A stretch of DNA of 64,000 nt, from positions 86,552,001 through 86,616,000 of the forward strand of contig OX597819.1 in assembly GCA_951406725.2 (NCBI GenBank). The letters are read 5' to 3'. Positions 41,583-54,641 of this stretch are shown piece by piece. Origin of the DNA: Octopus vulgaris. Its lineage: Eukaryota. The notes beneath the pieces are model-generated. The model had not been told where the DNA came from, searched no databases, and saw only the letters and a list, made by a program, of their open reading frames with translations. Both the position numbers and the translations under genes were made by a program. The first letter of the stretch is position 1. Every line of letters starts with the position of its first letter.

Positions 41583-41975
41583 TCTCTATATATATAAAGC
41601 TGAAGTTGTCTGTGTATGGCAGGTCTGGTAGCCCTCAACTAACACTATCTCCTCCGAGACCCTGTGGCACAAGTTGACTAAAATTGAGAGTATGATAGAA
41701 GAAGGCTTGCTCTTCCCTCTGTAGAAGAAAAAAATTCAAATTGGACCATGTTAAGACCAAAAATTATTTACATCAAAAAGATGCTTTTTTTCTATGAAAA
41801 TCCCTATTTCTTACGATTTTTTTACTGCTGTGTCGCCATTTTTCGGTGTATTTCAACCAGAAAAATGTTCACTTAAAGAGAATAACAAGCTACATAATGC
41901 AAAATGTTTACTTTTCAAAATTTCCAATTCTAAAGGGTCGAAACAAACCCGAGCAACGCCAGGCGATACTGCTAG
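41583..41975 (+). mobile_element. Non-autonomous Helitron
   Basis: Starts TC (tctctatatatataaa) after A; ends with imperfect hairpin cccgagcaacgccagg then CTAG followed by T; no TSD. Confidence 0.82.
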
Positions 41976-43893
41976 TATTCTCTATAATCATATAAATTGA
42001 TTACAGAGAATATTTATGTCACCAATGTTGGGACTTCCAACCATGTCTTTACAGTTTTTATGATCTCATTTTCATTTTCTATTCTGTCTTGAGCACATTC
42101 TCTTATCTCTTGTAAATACTCACTGTATTCTCTTTGATACACGTTTCCCCTTCTACACTGCTTGTTCTAACAATTCAACCTTATTCTCTTTATGTCATTG
42201 CCTATACTGTCTCATTCAGGTTTTTGTTAACTTAAGTCATCTGTCATCCATATTTTGTAAACAAATATCAATTTTCAATTGAGCAGACAATAAATAATTG
42301 CACTTATGCACATGCATTAAGTGATGGGCACTATAAAAAATTTAGTTCAATAAAAATAAAATGCACTTTTCACTATCATCATCATCAGCTGTGGCTGTGC
42401 TACTGCCATTATAATTGTCAGTAACAAAGCTCAGTCAGAGTTGTTTCATTTCAATTCAGTTCAGGTGTCTGTTTATATCTACTTTCTTTGCAGTCAACGA
42501 AACTCTCTAGTCTAACAATACAAAGTTTGAATAACAAATTGCAACAAAAAAAAAAAAAAAATTTTTAAATAACATCCACGGCTATTTGGCTAAGTTATTT
42601 CACTTTCATTGAAAAATCTATCTTTCTATCTATGATAAGTTTATTATAATGTTTAATGTAAGCCTTTTTACTTCTATCTGCCTATCAATGTATTTGTCAA
42701 AGTGTATAGAGCAATAGATTAACAAATGAACAAATAGAAGATATAAATAAATTCAATATAAAATATTATTTTCTTGTCAGTCACAATAATATATGATATT
42801 TAAAATTTCTGTCTATTAAGCAGGTTAAATTTTTCTCTTTATTTTTCTCTCTTACTTCAACAAACTTTATAACCATATCATTCCACTCTTCATGTCCTTA
42901 TCATTTCTCTCTTTCTCTTTGCTTCCCACTTCCACTAACCACATGACAGCATAATACATTGGCTGGCATAGTATCACTACACTCTCTCTTTCTCTTTATC
43001 TGTCTTTCACTCTTAATATAACTAACCTCATCTCTTTTTCTATCTGCATTACTTTAAATGCATCACCAGAACATCACCCTTCTGTTAAACATTGTATTTC
43101 TGACTCTCTTACTCTACATCTCTTCCTTCAATTAACTTCTTAACTCTTTTATAACTACTACTTTCCCCCTATCACATGTTGTTAACACTTCTCTCCCTCT
43201 TTGCTCTTTGCCTCTCCCTTCAACAAACACCTACATGACAGTATATGGCATTCAGCTCTAGCATATCAATACATAGATAATAGTTTCAAATATAGGCTCA
43301 ATGCTTGAAATTTTGGTGAGGCAGTGGTGAGTGGGAAGTTGATTAATTTAACCCCTGCAATCAGCAGGTAGTTATTTTATCAACTCCTGAAGGATGAAAG
43401 ACCAAGTCAGAATTTGAACTCAGAACACAGAGACAAACAAAACACTGCTAATCATTTTGTACGGTGCGTTAATGATTCTGCCAGCTTGCAGCAGCAGCAA
43501 TGATAATAATAATGAGGTGATGACAAGTGACTGAGACTTTTGGCAATTTGCTGTACTTAAGAAGAGATATCAAGTGAAGTGAGATCATAGTCCTGGCTAG
43601 TGCTCTGTGACATATGAAAAGCACCCAAGCTAGTGACACATAAAAGGCACCTGTGACAGTAACACATGAAAGGCACTCATGCTGGCGACATGTACATATG
43701 CTCCCAGTACACTTTGTGACATGGCTGGTGTTAGGAAGGCATCCAGTCATAGAAACTAAACCAAAACAGACTGGAGCCTAGCGAAGCTCTCCAGCTTACC
43801 AGCACCAGACAAACTGTCTTACCTATGCTCGCATGGAAAACAGAATCTAAATGACAATGATGATGATGATATAGTTATATATTCATATATATA

Positions 43894-44750
43894 TACAAGG
43901 TAGTTTAAAAAGGTTCCTGAACTAGTTATATTTAACAAAAAATAACTTATTTACCTAGGTTTTAACATCATCTTTGAAATAGTCATCTTCCACAGCACTA
44001 CACTTGTCCCACCATTCTGGCCACTTTTGGAATCCAGCCTGAAAGTCATTTTCTGTAAGCAAGTCAAGGACTTTCTGCGATTTACTCTGGATCTCAACAA
44101 CAGTGACCTTTGAGCTGCACTTTCACGTTGGGGAAGAGATGGAAGTCCACAGGTGCTAAACCTGGTGAATAGCATGGGCATGGAAGCAATACCATGTTGT
44201 TTTTGGCAAAGAAACTCACGAGGGAGGAGAGCTCGGTGAAGAATCCAAATTTTTGTGCTCCATAAATGCGGTCGCTTTCGCCCAATGTCCTCCCTCAAAC
44301 ACTTCAAAACGTCATGGTAGAATTTTTTATTACAGTCTGGCCCTGGGGGATGAATTCTTGATTTACAATACCACATTTCTAAAGGTGACACTCATGGCAG
44401 GTCACTCATCGCATTCCACTTTTGAAGTGCACTCGAAAAATTGCATACCACTCATTGCCTTGTCACCGTAAGCTTGCCAAAGCATGCTCAATACCTCTGT
44501 AGTACACTTCAAGTATAACGCAAAGTTTTACATTGACTCTTTGTTCCTATCCATGACAAAATCACAGACTACAGCATACAGGTGATCATGAAAACATAAA
44601 TTTCACAACTTGCAAAATAAATACAGAGATGTCACTCAGCACACTGCTTCATGAAGGTCACTGCACACTCTCAATGCACATGCAACTGCATACTGCCATC
44701 TGTTGGTGCTCTACAGAACTAGTCCAGCAGCTTTTTAATGCCACTTTGTA
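43894..44750 (-). mobile_element. Mariner transposon relic (internally deleted)
   Basis: TIRs tacaaggtagtttaaaaaggttcctgaacta / tagtccagcagctttttaatgccactttgta; motifs LREDIGRKRP, YSPGLAPVDFHLFP. Confidence 0.85.
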
Positions 44751-44759
44751 TGTATGTAT

Positions 44760-46286
44760 CATCATCGTCATCATCATCGTCGTTTAACGTCCGTTCTCCA
44801 TGCTAGCATGGGTTGGACGGTTCGACCGGGGTTCTGGGAAGCCAGGAGGCTGCACCAGGCTCCAGTCTAATCTGGCAATGTTTCTACAGCTGGATGCCCT
44901 TCCTAACGCCAACCACTCCGTGAGTGTAGTGGGTGCTTTTTACGTGCCACCTGCACAGGTGCCAGGCGGGGCTGGCAACGGCCACGGTCAGATTGGTGTA
45001 TTTTATGTGCCACCGGCACGGAAGCCAGTCGAGGCGGTGCTGGCATCGGCCACGAGTCGGATAGTGCTTTTTACGTACCACCAGACCAGGGATCCTGGCT
45101 GGTTCAATTCGATTTCGATTTCGCTTGCCCCAACAAGGGTGCCTGTCATACGGTCGCATTGGAGTATTTTACGTGCCACGGCCACGAGTCGGATAGTGCT
45201 TTTTACGTACCACCAGACCAGGGATCCTGGCTGGTTCAATTCGATTTCGATTGCCCCAATATGTCTTCACAAGCAAAGGGGGTTGGCATGGGTGCCTGTC
45301 GTACGGTTGCATTGGAGTATTTTACGTGCCACGGCCACGAGTCGGATAGTGCTTTTTACGTACCACCAGGCCAGGGATCCTGGCTGGTTCAATTCGGTTT
45401 CGATTTCGATTTCGCTTGCCCCAACATGTCTTCGCAAGTATGGGGGGTTGGCATGGGTGTCTGTCGTCGGATGAGGTTCTATATCGACTTCGCTTGCCTC
45501 AACCGGTCTTTGTGTCCAAGGGAGGAAAGGCATTCATAAGTGGGCTGGGCTCACTTGTCCTGCCTGGTCTTCTCACGTACAGAATATTTCCAAAGGTCTC
45601 GGTCTCTGGTCATTTCCTCAGTGAGGCCTAAAGTTCGAAGGTCGTGCTTCACTACCTCGTCCCAGGTTTTCCTGGGTCTACCTCTTCCACGGGTTCCCTC
45701 AACTGCTAGGGATTGGCACTTTCTCACACACCTATCTTCATCCATTCTCGCCACATGACCATACCAGCGCAATCGTCTCTCTTGCACACCACAACTGATG
45801 CTTCTTAGGTACAACATTTCTCTCAAGGTGCTAACGCTCTGTCGAGTATGTACACTGACATTACACATCCATCGGAGCATACTGGCTTCATTCCTCACAA
45901 GCTTACGCATGTTCTCAGCAGTCACGGCCCATGTTTCGCTGCTATGTAGCATGGCTGTTCGTACACACGCATCATACAGTCTGCCTTTTACTCTGAGCGA
46001 GAGGCCTTTAGTCACCAGCAGAGGTAAGAGCTCCCTAAACTTTGCCCAGGCTATTCTTATTCTAGCAGTTACACTTTCAGCGCACCCACCCCCACTACTG
46101 ACTTGGTCACCTACATAACGGAAGCTATCAACTACTTCTAGTTTTTCCCCCTGGAAAGTGACGGAAGTTGTTTTCTGCAGATTTTCGGAGGTTAATGCTC
46201 CCGAGCATCTGCCACATACAAAAACTATCTTCCCAGTTAGCCTACCTTTGACATTGCTGCACCTCTTATGTGTCCATAGCTTACAC
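44760..46286 (-). mobile_element. Young 5'-truncated RTE LINE with uninterrupted ORF tail (46286-45551) and tandem-repeat 3' UTR
   Basis: Open frame CKLWTHKRC..FVCGRC..LEVVDSFRYVGD..RRLRWYGHV..GRGRPRKTW; (GAT)n tail; apparent TSD tgtatgtatgtat at 44747-44759 and 46287-46299. Confidence 0.93.
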
Positions 46287-46510
46287 TGTATGTATGTATG
46301 TATATATATATATATATATACTTTTACTTTTTACTCTATTACTTGTTTCAGCGGCCATGCTGGAGTTCCACCTTTAGTCAAACAAATCGAACCCAGGACC
46401 TATTCTTTGTAAGCCTAGTACTTATTCTATCAGACTCTTTTGCTGAATCACAAAGTTACAGGGATGTAAACACACCAACATTGGTTGTCAAGTGATGGTA
46501 TGGGGACAGA

Positions 46511-46734
46511 GCTGGCAGAATCGTTAGCACGTCGGATGAAATGCTTAGCGGTATTTTGTCTGCCGTTACGTTCTGAGTTCAAATTCCGCCGAGGTTGACT
46601 TTGCCTTTCATCCTTCCGGGGTCGATAAATTAAGTACCAGTTACGCACTGGGGTTCAATGTAATCGACTTAATCCGCTTGTCTGTCCTTGTTTGTCCCTT
46701 CTGTGTTCAGCCCCTTGTGGGTAGTAAAGAAATA
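46511..46734 (+). mobile_element. Meta-like SINE nested inside an oppositely oriented abundant SINE (46322-46985)
   Basis: 14-bp TSD ggtatggggacaga at 46497-46510 and 46735-46748. Older copies at ~43340, 49130, 60630, 63780. Confidence 0.9.
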
Positions 46735-46981
46735 GGTATGGGGACAGACACACAAACAAACGAACAAACACATACATACATACATACATACAAACATACA
46801 TACATACACACACACATACATATACACAACAGTCTTCTTTTAGTTTCCATCTACCAAATTCACTCACAAGGTTTTGGTTGGCCTGAAGCTATAGTAGAAG
46901 ACACTAACCCAAGGTGCCACACAGTGGGACTGAATTCGGAACCATGTGGTTATGAAGCAAGCTTCTTAGCACACAGCCACT

Positions 46982-47027
<46 letters not shown>

Positions 47028-47469
47028 TTTTATTAAGGGAAGAAACAAGCTAATAATATTTAGAATTACAAGTAAGTGCACGATTTGGTTAACCTAGATA
47101 TCATGGAGAATAATGCTTGCTTTTGTAATCAGAAAGAGATTTAATGGAAAAATACTCTACGTAATTATTTTCCATTTTTCTCTCCTCAGATTGCTGAAAT
47201 AATAATTTCTAATATCACTAAACTTGAGAAAAAAAAAAGAAAAAGAAGGAAAAACTAAATAACTGTAAATGTGAAACAGTCCACCCTCAAAATAACTGAA
47301 ATAAAATACACCATTAAGATATGTTCTAGTTAATAAATACTTCCAATTTATCATATTATTTCTACAAGTCACTGAAAAAAAAAACAAAGACACAAAAGAA
47401 CAGTAAATATTAAATAATAAATATATGTATTGAATGGTTCAAATAGTAACTTTGGAACAACCAACTTAC

Positions 47470-47535
47470 ATCAGGTGTTTTTTCATTAGTTTCTTGAGAA
47501 GGTTTTTCATTTTCTTTAGTATCATCTTTCAAAGA
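47470..47535 (-). CDS. TRAF3IP1: TRAF3IP1/IFT54 exon (66 nt): SLKDDTKENEKPSQETNEKTPD
   Basis: tttcag|TCT...GAT|gtaagt; phase 0/0; composition continues the charged linker. Confidence 0.8.
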
Positions 47536-48039
47536 CTGAAATAGCAAAAGTAACACAGTTTGAAATATGAGAATCATTATTATATAAATGACAAATGTGA
47601 AGATGGCTACCAGAAAGCGATCATCATCATTAGAATTTAACATTCACTTTTTAATACTTGCATAGGTCAGATAGAATTTATTGTAAGCGATTTCCTATGG
47701 CCAGATGCTCTTCTTGTTGCTAACCTCCACCTGTTTCCAAGCAAGATAATATTTCCCCATATCCAGACACATTTTTCATGAAAGACTGGAAGCAAACAAC
47801 ATCACTTGTATAATAAAGGCACTCATTTACAACCATCACACAATGTCTAGACAAAGACACACACAGGACAGGATTCTTTCAGTTTCCCCTCTACCAAATC
47901 CAGTCACAAGGCTTTGGGCAGTCAAAGGCTATATAATCAAAGGCACTTGCTCAACATGCTGCACAGCTGGAGTGAACCCAAGACCACATTTCTCTTCCTA
48001 GACACATAAAACATTTTTTGTGAATGAAAGTGTACTTGC

Positions 48040-48905
48040 TTAACCCTTCGCAGACGGGAAGAGGTACTGAGTACATCAAAACACTGTGTATGTGGCCAGA
48101 CTACGACAGAGGCTGTTGCCATATTAGTGTACAGCTGCATAGTGGCTACGGCCGCAGCCTACTTTTCTGTCAGGAATTTCTGATGACAGCAGAATACAAC
48201 TATGGCCACAACCTACATTTCTGTTTGGAATTTCAGATAAGCTGGTCTTTTTGGTTATTGTTATGTGAAGACCAAAGATGAGGTTATATACACATGATTG
48301 ATGTGTAGTCATACACATCTCTGTTGTTAGTGTGAAAAAGTGAATATTACTTCCACTCAGAAGCTTGCAAAAGTGAACAACACTTCCACTTAGTTTCATA
48401 AACCAAAGTGATTTGTAAAAGAAAGCATGGACGTTGCTATTGAACTCTTCACAAATCTTCTCACAATCAGTATGCCTCTGAAACAAAGTCCACAGGCACA
48501 AGAAAGCAGTACCAGGGTGTTCCCATGATGATGATGATAGTGAGTTGGATTACAACTCAAGCCCAGGGAGCAATATGACTGTGAGAGCAATGGCAAACCA
48601 CCACAGCCAGCAGGAATTGTTAGACAGTAGTTCATCCTTGGATCCTGACAAACCATTGCCTGCATATGCTGAAGAGGGTGGGGTCTCACAATACCGGTGA
48701 AGCTATATGCTGGTCAATTTCCCAAAGAAGGACAATTTTCTGAAGCAACACGGACTTGTGGAGTGGCCCACAATTATAGTCTACAATATGGATGCATTGA
48801 CCACACCACTCCAGTTTCTTAGATTTTTCATGACACCAGGACTTATCGAACATATTTGCACCAAGATGAATCAGTACACTGCAGCCAATTGTCGCCCTAC
48901 CTAGC
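48040..48905 (+). mobile_element. piggyBac left end with transposase N-terminal fragment
   Basis: TTAA-CCCTT start; TPLQFLRFFMTPGLIEHICTKMNQY resembles the PGBD motif TPLxFFxLF..LIxxIxxxTNxY. Confidence 0.75.
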
Positions 48906-49362
48906 AAAGTCACTCCAGGAAGTGGGACAAGAGAAACACACACACACATACATTCAAGTGATGGTCCTCTTCCAGTTTCTCTCAACCAAATTTTACTACA
49001 GCAGATGTCACCAGCCATCATTGAACTCTAAACCATATGCTTCCAAAGCAAACTTCTTAACCATATTGCATGACATGCCTGCTTCAGTCAAATGCCAATC
49101 TGTTTCAAAACTGTTCCAAAAAAAGGTGGAGAGCTGGCAGAATCGTTAGCATGCTGAGCGAAATGCTTAGCAGTATTTCATCTGTCTTTAAATTGAGTTC
49201 AAATTCTGCTTTCAGGGTCGATAAATTAAGTACCTGTGGCATACTTGGTTTGATCTAATGGACTGGCCCTGCCCCCCAAAATTTCAGGCTTTGTACCTAG
49301 AGTAGAAAAGAAGCTGTTTCAAAACTTTTTATGTTCTAAATATATGTAAAGTTTTAACTTAC

Positions 49363-49656
49363 TTTTTTAGAGGACTTCTCTTTGTCACCGGACTGTTTTT
49401 CCTTTGGTTTCTCTTCATCTTTAGCTTGGTGTCTTTCTCTTTCATTGTTTCGTTGTCTTTCTTTCTCTTCAATTTTATTCTGTTGACTGTCTTTCTCCTC
49501 ACCTTTACTTCTTGATTTTTGCTCACTTTTCCTATTCCGCTTTTCTGTTTTACTCCGTTTTTCATCGGTTTTAATTTCATTTTCAGACTGACTTTTATGT
49601 CGATCACTTCTGGAATTATTTTCCTTTGATCCTTTTTCCTTTGATTTAGGTTGCTC
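49363..49656 (-). CDS. TRAF3IP1: TRAF3IP1/IFT54 exon (294 nt), K/E/R/S-rich low-complexity region EQPKSKEKG...EKSSKK
   Basis: tttccag|GAG...AAA|gtaagt; 98 open codons, phase 0/0; charged linker typical of IFT54. Confidence 0.88.
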
Positions 49657-50292
49657 CTGGAAAAAATTAAACATATGTCAATTTATCATCTTCATTTAAC
49701 ATCCATTCTGTTTTTACATGTTTGAATCTGTCAAATGGAGTTTGTTAAGGTAGATTTTCTTCATTGCTATTATGTTAAACTGTCATATGTCCAGATTCAG
49801 TCAATGTGGTTTTTTTCAATGTCTATTTTTGCTTGACTTGCAATAGCTGATTTTTTTGGTTAAACTATCATATCTCCAGCTGCTTCAGATGCCAAGATAT
49901 AAAAATATTGTCAAAGTGTAGTACAACGGTTTTGCTTTGGAATGGTGAAACTACATTTTGCTTTCTGTAAAAGCAACGTTTTGGACTTACAACACTTTTG
50001 CATAATAGGAATGATATATATATATAAGGGGTTTGTATGATTGTGTATAGAGGGATATATATTATTCAAAAAAATTCCAACTCTGTTTTTTATGTTTTAT
50101 TTATATTCTTTATAATATTAATGTAGAATATAGAATATATAGTATAAATAATATATATATATAATAAAATGAAATGAAGTATTGATTGTCTTATTGAATA
50201 GATGAAATATTGAATATAAAATATTAAGGGACTAGTATACTTTCTTACATTATAGCAGTCTTCAAGGTGCCAGGTTGTGACAGGAGTGTTTC

Positions 50293-50362
<70 letters not shown>

Positions 50363-51403
50363 ATATATATGATGGGCTTCTTTTAGTTTCCATCTACTAA
50401 GTCCACTCACATTTCAATTATGGATAAAAATTTCAACATCATTTAATATTGAACATTAACTCCTTAATTTTGTAGCATTCATGATATAGCTCACATTAAA
50501 TACAATGATGTATTCCTATAACAATACTGAAATTACAAGATTAGAAACAATATTTGGAAAATTCTGATGCCAAACTAACAAATGCTGAAGAGAGGTAGGA
50601 ACGCAGTAATACAATTTTTCATTAACTTTATTAAGATTAGCTCATACTGGTGTCCATACTCAGTTGCTTGTCAAAAACTAAACACATCTCCCTTTGTTCT
50701 GCAAAGAAGATAATGCATTAGGGATAGTCAATGCCTTAAACAACCTTACACTATTTCAAAGAAACCAAGAGATGACTTCTAATAGCCACGTAACTCCTAA
50801 TGTAATCAGGATTTACTTTATATTTACGTGTCAACAAGGTCGGACAAATAACATTATCTTTATGGTAACCAGACTTGGCTAATTTGTATGTTAAAGGATT
50901 ATGGAAAGATAAGAACAATGGACAGAGCGTGTGTATGTGTATGTGCATGCACACACATCTGTGTTTTAATTTTGAAGGACAAAAGTTTTGCTTCTGAAAT
51001 AATAGAATAGATTATACCTCAGAAGAACATTAATTCAAAACAAAGCAACAACCTGACAATACCATCATTATAATGTTCACTTTTACATACTTGTATGGTT
51101 TGGAAGCAGATTTTCTACACCAAAATATTTCCCTCATAACTAGATGTGTTCTTGCAGAATATTGGAAATAAATGACACTGCTTGTATGAAAATGATAACC
51201 ATTTTTTAACTATCATTTAATGTCAAAACCAGGAAACATAAAAATAAACAACATACAGACAGACACACGCATAAATTTGATGAGCTTCTTTCAGTTTCTG
51301 TTTACCAAATACACTCACAAGGCTTTGGTCGACATTTATCACTTGTCCAAGGTTCCATGCAGTGGGGCTGAACCCAGAACCATGAATTAGCGAAGCAAAC
51401 CTC

Positions 51404-51628
51404 TTAACCCTTTAACATTTAGATTACTCAGTTTAATGTAAAGCTTATTTATTCACATTATTTTGAATTAATCATGATTTATCTTGTAGCTTTGAGATTT
51501 TCATGATGTGATTGCTTAATTTTAGGACATTGTAGGGTTGGTGTGAGAGGCTACATCTGGCTGGTTTGAACAGAAAACAGATAGAATACTTAGACTGGAT
51601 ATGGCCAATTTGAATGCTAAAGCGTTAA
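51404..51628. mobile_element. piggyBac-type MITE inserted at a TTAA within a SINE head
   Basis: ttaaccctttaaca...tgctaaagcgttaa; SINE sequence continues on both sides. Confidence 0.82.
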
Positions 51629-52353
51629 TACAGCCATGCTGGTACCATATGATGTTCTCAGTGTTTCAATGAAGTATTATAATTTTGTGTGACTAGCATC
51701 ATTATTCAAGAATAATTATTTGAATTAAAAATATGGCAAAATCAAAATTTGTTTTACATTGCAGTAAAGATTTATTTTCTCAAACACAAATTTAAACCTT
51801 TGCCCATCCTGTGTTTCACGCGTGATATACAGGGCAAATTTTCTTGGCATCCATGCAGCATACTTTTACACATTCCCAAATTTTCTCAACCACCAGTGCA
51901 ACTTGGGACTTAGAAAAGGAAAAGTTTATATCACCTTCATCTTTTGTTTCACTTATTTTAGTCACTAAACTGCAGCCATGCTGGGGTACCACCTTGAATT
52001 CTTAGTTGAATGAATCAACCCCAGTACTTCTGTTTTTTTTTTATTAAGAAGTGGTACTTTTTGTATCAGACTCTTTTGCTGAACTGTTAAGTTACAGGAG
52101 GGGGGGTACAGACACACTCATACTGGTTGTCAAGTAGTGATGAAGGGACACAGACAGGGGATATCAAGTGGTGATGAGGGGGACAAACACTATGATACAC
52201 GCACACAGATATATACATATACACTTGACAAGCTTCTTTTAGTTTCCATCAACCAAATCCACTCACAAGGTTTTGGTCAGCCCAAGACTATAGTAGAGGA
52301 CACTTGCCCATGAATGTTTAGGACAAACTTATTAAAAAGCTTTGGACAAAGGA

Positions 52354-52580
52354 TTAACCCTTTAGCATTCAGATTATTCTGTCAAATGTAATGCTTATTT
52401 ATTCACATTATTTTGAATTAATCATGTACTATCTTGCAGCTTTGAGATTTCAATGATGTGATTGGTTGTTTTTAGATTAACATTGTCGGGTGAGCATAAA
52501 AGGATAAATTTGGCCAATCTAAACATGGAAAAGAAAAATATTTTGTCTAGATGCAACTGGTTTAAGTGCTAAAGGGTTAA
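52354..52580. mobile_element. piggyBac-type MITE, intact
   Basis: Perfect ends ttaaccctttagca / tgctaaagggttaa including TTAA TSD. Confidence 0.9.
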
Positions 52581-52964
52581 AGTAATACACTGCAAACAAA
52601 TCAAAACCTATCTATTTAATAATCAAACTGAGTGCAATGCCAACAATATTTTGGTAATTCTGAAATCAATCTGACACATGCTCTTGAGAAGTAGGGTAAA
52701 ATAGGAACACATTTTACTAACAACTCACTGGATAAAATATATAATGCATAAATGTGAAAACAGAGATTAGCTCATATTATTCGTGCCATTCAACACCTTA
52801 TAGTAATAATAATCAATGACTTGGACAGATACAAGCTACCTTCCATTAGTTCAACAGAAACCAAGAGGAAATTTGTAATAGCTCATAGAATTCAGTTAAA
52901 ATTCTTCCTTTTCAAATTTTTGAATGCAATTATTCAGTGCTGAAATATTTTGTAAATAATTTAC

Positions 52965-53090
52965 TTCATTTTCTGGTTGTCTTCTCTCCTTTGATTTCTC
53001 CTTTGACTTTTCTTTTTCTTTATTGGATTCTTGCCTCTTGGATCCATCAGCTCCTTTCAATACACGCTGTACATACACATCATTATCAAC
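52965..53090 (-). CDS. TRAF3IP1: TRAF3IP1/IFT54 exon (126 nt): VDNDVYVQRVLKGADGSKRQESNKEKEKSKEKSKERRQPENE
   Basis: tttactttag|GTT...GAA|gtaaat; phase 0/0; the VQRVLKG end of the CH domain leads into the K/E-rich linker. Confidence 0.9.
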
Positions 53091-54528
53091 CTAAAGTAAA
53101 AGAGAAATAAAAGTTAAAAAGAATATATATAAGTATGCATACACATAGATCTACACACACATACACACACATATTAGGCATAAAACAGAGTGACTCAGAA
53201 GGACTTGAAAAAATTTAAATATTAGAAAACATGGTTGAGAGAAATATAAGAAAAATGCAAGGAAGTCTACAGGCAGACTGTTTTACAGATAATTGACTGC
53301 TTCTCAGAGAAGACATAATTTCCCTCTCCACTCAACAGAAGTGAATTCAGCTTCTATATAAAATAGTCATAAATTAGGCTAATACCATAGAGGATAGCCT
53401 AGTTTGCCTATCTGTGCTTTTGACAGCTTTTAATTGGTTAAACAATACATTATGCTCAACATGACATAAATTAAAAGGACTGAAATAAATTTAAACATAA
53501 ACTGGAAATGACATTTTAACTATGTATATAGAGAAAATGCATCTTGTAAATGTTAATACATGCTCAGGTACCATCAGAGAAAGAAAAATCTATCTTTAAG
53601 AGGTATTAAGAGAATGTCAAGTACACCGTCAAGGAATACTGTATGTATGTAAAAAGAATAAGTTTTCTAGACAATATAATCCTGAAACATAGGACTTATA
53701 GAGCCACTTACCCAATTTCTGTGACGTATAAGCAACCAAGATCTTATTTTCCATGAACCGGACCAGTCCATCACAGGATTACTCATTTAAAGCTGAGTGG
53801 AGTAAAACACTATGAAATGAAGTGGTTTTCTTGATGAAGAACACAATGCACAACCTAGTCTGGGGATTGAAACCACAATCATGCAATCATGAGTACAACA
53901 CCATAATCACTAGGCCATGTGCCTTCATTAAACGTATATGTGTTACTAAATAAGAAGCCTTTCAAAGAACCTTTGGATATTGGTGTGCCACAAACTTCTA
54001 GGTGCTTGTGTAAAGAAAATCTGTATCTCAGATGTCATGCAATTTATGAAACTAAAATTGGACTGAGACTTCATCAGAGATGTATATATGCATACAATTT
54101 ATACAAAATGCACTGTAAAAATTATGGTCTTGTGATTGCAGGCTTCATGCTTAAGAAGTTTGCATCCCAGTAATGTGGTTTTGAGTTCAATAACACCAAG
54201 TAACACTTTGGACAAGTGCCTTCTACAATCGGCCTGGATTTACCAAAGCCTTTAAAATGAAACTGGGTAAATGGAAACAGTGCGGAAACTTGTAAGAGGG
54301 ACCACCGATAGATCAAGCCACCAGTGTGAAGAGAAATTCTTCTTTTCCTCACCTACCAATCACAGAAGCTCTGAAAGAGTCATGAGAACTGGCTTTCATC
54401 TCTCTAGTTTAATTCACAACCATAAGACCTATTCATCATCTGTTAATAAGAACATTAAATATTAGAGAAAAATATCTAATAATGAAGTAAATGTAAACAT
54501 ACAACTGAGTAAAATATTATATTCTTAC

Positions 54529-54641
54529 TTGTTTTTTTATAGCCTCAGCTAACGCCTGCAGAAATTCGTTGGTTTTGTCTGGTTCATGTCCAGCAACAAC
54601 TTTGGATGGCCTCACAGCTAATTGCTTTTCAGTAACTAATG
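54529..54641 (-). CDS. TRAF3IP1: TRAF3IP1/IFT54 exon (113 nt): (S)LVTEKQLAVRPSKVVAGHEPDKTNEFLQALAEAIKKQ
   Basis: ttgatttag|CA...CAA|gtaaga; phase 1 in, phase 0 out; hallmark IFT54 motif (I/V)VAGHEPE/DxTNEFLQ. Confidence 0.95.

Noticed and set aside
44800-45539. 224-aa and 126-aa plus-strand ORFs
   Set aside because: Antisense readings of the RTE 3' UTR tandem repeats.
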